From: a virus
Lineage: Duplodnaviria > Caudoviricetes
Reading direction: 5' to 3' (one strand)
IMG/VR virus record: IMGVR_UViG_3300020045_004230
Location: 1 to 28,657 of that record
Length of the DNA stretch: 28,657 bases
Part shown: in pieces, positions 8,004 to 14,169 of the stretch
Layout of the letters: every line of letters starts with the position of its first letter
Position numbering within the stretch: position 1 is the stretch's first letter
Made by a program: the position numbers and the translations under genes
Notes under the pieces: model-generated
What the model was told of the DNA's origin: nothing
Databases searched by the model: none
What the model saw: the letters and a program-made list of their open reading frames with translations, nothing else

Positions 8004-8049
8004 TTGAATTATACAGATACTTTTAAACTTTGCAACTTGTTTTTAGCAT
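8004..8049 (-). promoter_or_regulatory. Sigma70-type early promoter, copy B (TTGCAA-N16-TATAAT)
   Basis: -35 at 8035-8030, -10 at 8013-8008; 46-bp near-repeat of 351-396. Confidence 0.8.
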
Positions 8050-8119
8050 TTTTTTATTCCTACAAGGTTTTTATGAGTTATGATAATATCACAGCAACTT
8101 AACAAAAGGAAAAAATGAA

Positions 8120-8317
8120 ATGACAAAAAATGACGTAATCGAATATTTTGGGAGTGCAGCAAAAACCGCTAGGGCTATGCGTATAAGCCGGGCGGCCGTG
8201 TGTTTGTGGCCGGATGTCCTTACTGACGCGATAGCTTTTAAAATTGAACTGGTTACAAAAGGCGCGCTAAAAAGCGACGAAACATTGCGAATTTTGGGGC
8301 GTCTTAATGAGTCATGA
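8120..8317 (+). CDS. Cro-like HTH transcriptional regulator (P22 Cro/DicC type)
   Basis: MTKNDVIEYFGS..KTA...ISRAAVCLW...IELVTKGALK. Confidence 0.85.
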   Translation: MTKNDVIEYFGSAAKTARAMRISRAAVCLWPDVLTDAIAFKIELVTKGALKSDETLRILGRLNES

Positions 8318-10292
8318 TATTGACCAGGCGCGGCGTTTTTTAACGCTTTTGGACGAAACAGCGGAAAAATTCACATTCCAGACTTTTAACGATAAAAAAA
8401 TAGAGGATAGCGGGCCGGATGTACTGGCAAATTGGTTTCATGGGGATATTGACAGCTTATTTACGCGACTGGTCAATTATAACCGCCTAGGCGCGGGTAT
8501 TTTCGTAATGGTGCAGTCTGGCGACGGAACAGGGCGCAACACTAAAGCAGTTGACCGCATTCGCTGCATTTTTAACGAAAACGACCACGGCCTAGTCAGG
8601 GATTATCCGCCCGGCATTGAACCGCACATTATTGTGGAGTCCAGCCCCGGTAAACAGCACCATTACTTTATGTGCAATGGTTTGGAATTGGCTGATTTTA
8701 AGCCTATCCAATGGCGCATGATTAACGACTATGGCAGCGATCCAAACGCGCATGACTTGCCGCGTGTGTTGCGTGTTCCGGGCTTTTATCACAATAAAGA
8801 AAATCCGCATCTTGTCAGCATACTGCACGAGTCAGGAGAGCAGGCTTACAGTCGCGATCAGTTAATAACAGCATTTCCTCCATCAGCTAAGCCGCAAAAA
8901 ACCGCGTCTGGTAGCAGTGGAGACGATACTGGCGGCAAGATTAGCGAGGCGCAGGTTTTGGCGCTTAGATCGGCGTTAAATTGGCTTGATTGCGACGATT
9001 ACAAAGAATGGATAGAGGTTGGTATTGCGCTAAAAAATATCGGCATGGATGGCAAGTCTTTATGGCTTGATTGGTCATCGACATCCGATAAATTTGATCG
9101 TGGGCAGGCGTTTGAGAAATGGGACTCGTTTACTGCCGATTCCGCCGGGTACAAGTCGGTTTTTTGGAAAGCGGCGGCGGCTGGATGGGTTAATACAGCT
9201 AAAAAGGCGGCGGTTGGGGATGGTGATATAGGCACAGTTACAGACGGATTAACCTGGAGCTGTGCCGATGGGATGGCAGACAGCGCAAGAGCACCGGAGT
9301 TTTTAATCAACAATATTTTAGAGACTGATAGTCACGGGATGTTGGCGGGTGATTCGATGGCGTTCAAAACTTTTGTCGATTTGCGCATGGCTTATTCCGT
9401 TTGTACTGGTAAAGATTTCTTTGGTCACGAGGTTTATACCACGGGTAAGGTTTTGTATGTTTGCGGCGAGGGGCGCGGCTCTTTAGCCAGGCGGATTAAA
9501 GCGCTTAAAATTGCCGAGTCTGATTTTAATGGCAATTTAATGGTGCTGGATAATCACATCAGGATCGATAACGCGGTAGATATGGCAGCGTTACGGCTGG
9601 AGGTGTTGTCTATTAATCCAATATTAGTCATTTTTGATACCTTTGGCTCGCTGATTGGCAACACTGATGAAAACAGTAATAGCGACGTGGGTAAATCTTT
9701 ATTGATGATTAAAGATACTTGTCGCCAGGGAAAAACCTGCTCTTTGATCGTGCATCATTATGGTAAAGACAGCTCAAAAGGGATGCGCGGCGCTATTGCA
9801 TTCAAGGCCAATGTCGATTTTGAAATGAGCCTTGAACGTCAAATGCCGAGTTTTACCACTGTTTTAAGCTCAATAAAGATGAAAGACGGGGAAAACTTTG
9901 CGCCAATTGCAATGGAGGCGCAGGTGATTGATTTAGGGCTTATTAGGCAAGATGGCAAGTCATCGACCAGCTTAGCTATGAAAGCGGCGCAGGAAGGTTT
10001 TTTTAGCGCAAATAGCGGCATGAATTACGACCTTTTACAGATCATGGTTGCTATTGATAGCGCTATTGAGAAATATGGATTTAAGCATTATTTTGATGGA
10101 TCGAGCGCAATGGCGATAAATTTATCAGAGCTTAGGCCGATTGCGTACCCTATGATTATTGCGGCTCAAAATTCTAAACGTACTATCCTGTCTAATCGAC
10201 TTAAAACCCTTGTATCATTAGGTAAGATACTGTTTATTAACAACATTATTTGGATTTCCGAAGCAGAAGAAGCGCAACGGAGAGCGCAATAG
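8307..10292 (+). CDS. Primase-helicase fusion: RepB-like primase + PriCT-2 + AAA_25 (RepA-like) helicase
   Basis: VESSPGKQHHYF and DPNAHDLPRVLRVPGF (RepB-type primase); DDYKEWIEVGIALK..WS...KWDSF (PriCT-2); YVCGEG, LVIFDT, IVHH.GKD...MRG (AAA_25). Confidence 0.9.
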   Translation: MSHDIDQARRFLTLLDETAEKFTFQTFNDKKIEDSGPDVLANWFHGDIDSLFTRLVNYNRLGAGIFVMVQSGDGTGRNTKAVDRIRCIFNENDHGLVRDYPPGIEPHIIVESSPGKQHHYFMCNGLELADFKPIQWRMINDYGSDPNAHDLPRVLRVPGFYHNKENPHLVSILHESGEQAYSRDQLITAFPPSAKPQKTASGSSGDDTGGKISEAQVLALRSALNWLDCDDYKEWIEVGIALKNIGMDGKSLWLDWSSTSDKFDRGQAFEKWDSFTADSAGYKSVFWKAAAAGWVNTAKKAAVGDGDIGTVTDGLTWSCADGMADSARAPEFLINNILETDSHGMLAGDSMAFKTFVDLRMAYSVCTGKDFFGHEVYTTGKVLYVCGEGRGSLARRIKALKIAESDFNGNLMVLDNHIRIDNAVDMAALRLEVLSINPILVIFDTFGSLIGNTDENSNSDVGKSLLMIKDTCRQGKTCSLIVHHYGKDSSKGMRGAIAFKANVDFEMSLERQMPSFTTVLSSIKMKDGENFAPIAMEAQVIDLGLIRQDGKSSTSLAMKAAQEGFFSANSGMNYDLLQIMVAIDSAIEKYGFKHYFDGSSAMAINLSELRPIAYPMIIAAQNSKRTILSNRLKTLVSLGKILFINNIIWISEAEEAQRRAQ

Positions 10293-10477
10293 AACGCAAT
10301 TTATGCGTTGCGCTAAATTGCGCCGCAACGGAGCGCAATAGAACGCAATTTAGTGCTGTGTAAGTTATTGATTTATGGTTATCAAGCGCAATATAACGCA
10401 ATATAACGCAATGCAACATTTATTTGACACCGCAACAGAAAGGGTGTAGAGTGGCACTCGCCATCTACCCCCTGTTG
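10271..10477. repeat. Candidate replication origin: CGCAA iterons, IHF site and long hairpin
   Basis: 22-bp exact repeat 10282-10303/10331-10352; 10-bp periodic cgcaatataa; IHF consensus match at 10361-10373; hairpin 10433-10477. Confidence 0.7.
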
Positions 10478-10621
10478 AGTGGGCAAATGTCGGGTTGCAA
10501 ATGGGCGTAGGAACCCTTTTAAACAGTAATAAAACAAAGACTAATTTTTTATATCAGGTGGCTAATTATTGTGCCATTCCTACCCTGGTATTTGAGTTAG
10601 TCTTTTTTTTTGGAAATATAA

Positions 10622-10951
10622 ATGAGCAGAAAAATAAGCACCGTCATGATTGATAAATCAATCGAAAATGTTAAATACTTGCCAAGCAGAGAATATTTAA
10701 ATGAATGCTTCCATATTAAAAACGGTTGTTTGATATGGAAGAAACGACCTGTTGAACATTTTGAAAATAAAGAAAAGCATGAAATGTTCAACAATGCTCG
10801 ACCTGGAACAGAGGCAGGACGATTAGAAACATTAAGGCACTACGTATCAATAAAGGAAATTCAATTCCTTACCACTCATGTTTTATGGAAATTGGTAACA
10901 GGTGAAAATCCAACTGGAATAATGTTAGATGAAGGCAGGCAATCAAAATAG
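10622..10951 (+). pseudogene. Truncated HNH homing-endonuclease homolog (N-terminal part only)
   Basis: EYLNECF...LIWKKRP.EHF...FN....G.EAG...H..W...TGE.P, then the ORF ends where the DHING...N catalytic motif should be. Confidence 0.6.
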
Positions 10952-10953
10952 AA

Positions 10954-11102
10954 TTGCAATTTTTGCGGCCTTTGCTATACTGAACTTGGTTTAGAAATGT
11001 CGTGCGGATTTATTTCTAAACCCTCCTTGGTTTTTAACCTCCACCACATCCTGGCCGCACCTGGGGTGTGACTGGGGGTTTTTTTTGGATTAAATTTTAT
11101 GA
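10954..11102 (+). promoter_or_regulatory. Leader: TTGCAA-N16-TATACT promoter, hairpin 1 (loop with GTGCGG), intrinsic terminator (loop CCGCAC, U8)
   Basis: Stem 10988-10998/11012-11022; terminator 11036-11086; loop segments 11002-11007 and 11055-11060 are complementary. Confidence 0.75.
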
Positions 11103-11566
11103 GCGATAAACATGCAGAAAATAAGGCGCTTTATGCGATCGATGCCGACAATAATTTAAGGCCGTTTTTATTGTGGCAGACTAGAAGATCAAGAGTACCC
11201 CTAGGCCATTTCCCAGGATGGAACGATTGCGTGATAGAGCCAACCTGGGACGATAGTTATGAGTATCGACGTAAAATCGATCCGGTACACTCAAACATTG
11301 ATGACACACTAAAAGAGCGCGGGAGTCGATACGGCGATTTTAAAGAGCACGCACGTATTACTCAGAACATCAAACGGGCGATGGTTGATAGTCCAAATTG
11401 GGCAAGCCTAAGTGACGATAAAAGAGAAGCGCTCGAAATGTTGGCTCATAAAGTCGGGCGTGTCCTAAACGGCGATCCAGAGTATCATGACTCATGGCAT
11501 GATATTATCGGCTATACAAAGCTGGTTGCAGATACGTTGTCTCACATTGATGATGTTAAGACATGA
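11099..11566 (+). CDS. DUF6378-like domain protein with an extra N-terminal phage module
   Basis: TLKERGSRYGDF...LEMLAHKVGRVLNGDP...DSWHDIIGY; N-terminal KHAE...W...P.W....EYRRK module. Confidence 0.75.
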   Translation: MSDKHAENKALYAIDADNNLRPFLLWQTRRSRVPLGHFPGWNDCVIEPTWDDSYEYRRKIDPVHSNIDDTLKERGSRYGDFKEHARITQNIKRAMVDSPNWASLSDDKREALEMLAHKVGRVLNGDPEYHDSWHDIIGYTKLVADTLSHIDDVKT

Positions 11567-11751
11567 TAGAACCATTAATTTTAGGCGCTACAGCCCGGCT
11601 ACTGGTTGAGATATACCAGCGGTTTTTTATCGTGAGACCGTGTGAGCACACACACCAAGCAACGTATCACTCGACCGGCAAGCGGAAATGCTACGATTGT
11701 GGGGCCGAGCGGGATATTGTTGACAATAATTATGCTAAACACACCCGGTAA
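11563..11751 (+). CDS. Small protein, hydrophobic N-terminus and CxH...CxxC Zn finger
   Basis: ATGA overlap with upstream gene; CEH...CYDC. Confidence 0.55.
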   Translation: MIEPLILGATARLLVEIYQRFFIVRPCEHTHQATYHSTGKRKCYDCGAERDIVDNNYAKHTR

Positions 11752-11923
11752 TTTGTTTGTCAGCTTTAGCCTTAGCGTACCGTTTACGCTGAGCAACTTT
11801 GTTGGCGCACTTAGGGCAATGTACCGCTATCAATCGCGCAGTGAATGTTTCGCCGCACTCTGGGCAGGTTTTCTGCTCTGTGCGGCGCTGGTTGACTAGC
11901 AGGGTGCCTGGGTTAGCATTCAT
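11735..11923 (-). CDS. Small basic Zn-finger protein (putative DNA-binding regulator)
   Basis: CPEC...CPKC followed by basic helix ANKVAQRKRYAKAK; TAATG overlap with upstream gene. Confidence 0.65.
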   Translation of the reverse strand: MNANPGTLLVNQRRTEQKTCPECGETFTARLIAVHCPKCANKVAQRKRYAKAKADKQITGCV

Positions 11924-12132
11924 TAATGAATGCCATATTCTTCGTCAAGATCGTTGTACAAGCCTTCACTTTCCGGCCCGAATACAGTGAAAATCACTTC
12001 GTCGTCGTCAAGCGTAGACAATGACGAAACAAAAGAATCAATGCTCATCAACCCAAGCTCTGGGTAATCAATGGGGTCTATCTTGTAAACGCCTGAAATT
12101 GTATCCGCTGCTACATAAGTTGTGTCTAACAT
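11923..12132 (-). CDS. Small highly acidic protein
   Basis: 69 aa with 16 D/E and 1 K; AAGGA RBS and its own promoter. Confidence 0.7.
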   Translation of the reverse strand: MLDTTYVAADTISGVYKIDPIDYPELGLMSIDSFVSSLSTLDDDEVIFTVFGPESEGLYNDLDEEYGIH

Positions 12133-12178
12133 TTTAAATTCCTTGGTTTGTGGTCTGGGAAATCCAAACCGTGGATAT

Positions 12179-12207
12179 AGTATCCCAGAGTTACGTAACT
12201 ATGTCAA
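12179..12207 (-). promoter_or_regulatory. Promoter TTGACA-N17-GATACT with 12-bp palindromic operator AGTTACGTAACT
   Basis: -35 at 12207-12202, -10 at 12184-12179, perfect palindrome 12189-12200 in the spacer. Confidence 0.7.
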
Positions 12208-12280
12208 TAATTATTTATTAATAATTTAATATTGTTTTTACATCAATGCGTTATAATCACAAAAAATTAAAGGAGGGGCT

Positions 12281-12343
12281 ATGGACATTGTATTTATAAT
12301 AATTGATTTGATTTTTAACACTATAGTTATGGCGTTACCGTGA
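12281..12343 (+). CDS. 20-aa hydrophobic micro-ORF (MDIVFIIIDLIFNTIVMALP) coupled to terS
   Basis: TATAAT 12252-12257, AGGAGG 12271-12276, ATG 12281; TGA overlaps the GTG start of terS. Confidence 0.5.
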   Translation: MDIVFIIIDLIFNTIVMALP

Positions 12344-12624
12344 CAGAGACATCCAGCACAGTGCCGAAAAGTGCCGCAAAAAATTTGCCGCCAGGCGGTA
12401 GTCGAAAGGGCATACCGAACAAGGTAACAAAAGAGCTTAAAGACATGATTTTGGGCGCTCTTGATGACGCTGGGGGTCAGGCTTACCTTGCGCGGCAAGC
12501 TAACGAGAACCCCGGGGCATTTATGTCGCTGATAGGTAAAGTCTTGCCTAAAGAGATCAAGGCTGAGATCGAGGGTAATGTAATCAGCAAAGTCGAATAT
12601 CTGATTGTCCACCCTACAGACTAA
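12340..12624 (+). CDS. terS: Terminase small subunit (putative)
   Basis: GSRKGIPNK...AL...GG..YL...A..NP.AF..L.GKVLP motif; immediately upstream of and overlapping terL. Confidence 0.75.
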   Translation: MTETSSTVPKSAAKNLPPGGSRKGIPNKVTKELKDMILGALDDAGGQAYLARQANENPGAFMSLIGKVLPKEIKAEIEGNVISKVEYLIVHPTD

Positions 12625-13972
12625 AATACCGGCACGGCTAGAGCCTGCCCTTAAACCATGCAGATATAAGGGACTGTATGGCGGTCGGGGCGGCGCTAAG
12701 TCGCATTTTTTTGCCGAACAAATTATTATCAGGTGTGCAGCAGAGCAGACTAGAGCCGTGTGCATCCGTGAGGTGCAAAACTCTATCAAAGACTCGGTTA
12801 AGCAGCTTTTGTCCGATAAGATTATCAGCCTGGGCCTTGAGTCGTCATTCTCTGTATTGGAGCAAGAGATACGCGGCGTTAATGGCTCAGTGATCGTGTT
12901 TAAAGGCATGCAAAGTTATTCCGCAGCCAACATTAAGTCTCTGGAAGGTTTTGACATTGCCTGGACTGAGGAGGCGCAAACGCTGTCTCAGCACTCTCTC
13001 GACCTGCTCAGGCCAACGCTACGCAAACCAGGCAGCGAATTATGGTTTTCTTGGAACCCACGCTACAAGACCGATGCGGTTGATGCTTTCTTTCGCAAAA
13101 ATCCACCTGAAAACTCAATATCTATCCAAATTAACTGGCAGCATAATCCATGGTTTAAAGCCACTCCGCTTTACGACGACATGCTGGCTGACTATGCGGC
13201 AGACCCGGACAAAGCGGAGCATGTGTGGGGCGGTGGATATGGCTCAAGTCACGGCGCTATTTTAGCGCGATGGGTAAATGAGGCTGACCGAGATGGGCGC
13301 ATCAATGACGGCGTAACCTACGACCCCAATGGCGCTGGCATTGTCATCAGTTGCGACTTGGGTTTCAGAGACACGTGCGGTTGGTGGTATTGGCAACCGG
13401 TGTTAGGTGGCGCTAATGTGCTAAAATACGATGCAGACCACGGCCTTGATGTGGATGACTGGGTGCCACGTATTAGTGACAATATAAAAGCACTGGGCAT
13501 TACGTCGATTGATAAGATAGGCAGGATATGGCTACCACAGGATGCTAAAGTTAAGACATTTCAAAGCAAACATACAGCTCACAATAAATTCATGCAGGCG
13601 TTCGGCACGTCTAGAGTTAAGATAGTCCCTCCATCGCGAAAACTCGATCAGATCGAGGCATCAAGGACGTATATAAAACGATGTGCGTTTAATCGGGCTG
13701 AGTGTGAGGTGGGCTTGGACGGGCTTAGGGCTTGGGAATTTGATTACAATGACGACAGTGGGGTTTTTAGCCGCGAACCCAAACACAACTGGGCATCACA
13801 TCCCGCTGACGGGTTTAGTTATGGCTGTCAGGTGCTACGCGAGCCGATACCTGAAACTATTACACATCCAATCGATCAGCAATTAATTGATAAATCCGTA
13901 CAATCAATTACAATGGGATCATTGACCAAGAACCATTTAGCAAAAATGAAGTGTAACCGGGAGAATAACTAA
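12605..13972 (+). CDS. terL: Terminase large subunit (PBSX-type ATPase)
   Basis: GGRGGAKS Walker A, CIREVQNSIKDS, IKSLEG..IAWTEEA, SWNP; nuclease domain DLG..D and SHPADGFSY. Confidence 0.95.
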   Translation: MSTLQTKIPARLEPALKPCRYKGLYGGRGGAKSHFFAEQIIIRCAAEQTRAVCIREVQNSIKDSVKQLLSDKIISLGLESSFSVLEQEIRGVNGSVIVFKGMQSYSAANIKSLEGFDIAWTEEAQTLSQHSLDLLRPTLRKPGSELWFSWNPRYKTDAVDAFFRKNPPENSISIQINWQHNPWFKATPLYDDMLADYAADPDKAEHVWGGGYGSSHGAILARWVNEADRDGRINDGVTYDPNGAGIVISCDLGFRDTCGWWYWQPVLGGANVLKYDADHGLDVDDWVPRISDNIKALGITSIDKIGRIWLPQDAKVKTFQSKHTAHNKFMQAFGTSRVKIVPPSRKLDQIEASRTYIKRCAFNRAECEVGLDGLRAWEFDYNDDSGVFSREPKHNWASHPADGFSYGCQVLREPIPETITHPIDQQLIDKSVQSITMGSLTKNHLAKMKCNRENN

Positions 13973-14169
13973 TGACGAATAAAACAAATGTATGTCAAGA
14001 AGGCATCAGCACTATAACAAATGGTGGATTTACTTCGTTTTTTGTGACGAATGAAAGCGGTAAGGTATCATTGCAGACTATTCCAATCGTAACTGAATAC
14101 TATGACACGGCGGATTTAGCTATAGCAGCATGGAACGAAGCTATAGATTTAGCAAAAGAGTCGCAATAA
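13972..14169 (+). CDS. Hypothetical protein
   Basis: 65 aa; TAATG overlaps at both ends; GGAG RBS. Confidence 0.65.
   Translation: MTNKTNVCQEGISTITNGGFTSFFVTNESGKVSLQTIPIVTEYYDTADLAIAAWNEAIDLAKESQ

Noticed and set aside
10271-10412. Short repeats considered as a CRISPR or mini-array
   Set aside because: No constant repeat with unique spacers; the 10-bp phasing and position fit iterons.
4813-12148. Recurrent AACCAAGGA / AGGAGAATAAA upstream of minus-strand genes
   Set aside because: Consistent with ordinary Shine-Dalgarno context rather than a separate element.
12238-12909. 223-aa minus-strand ORF
   Set aside because: Antisense to terS/terL with no recognisable motif; a shadow ORF.
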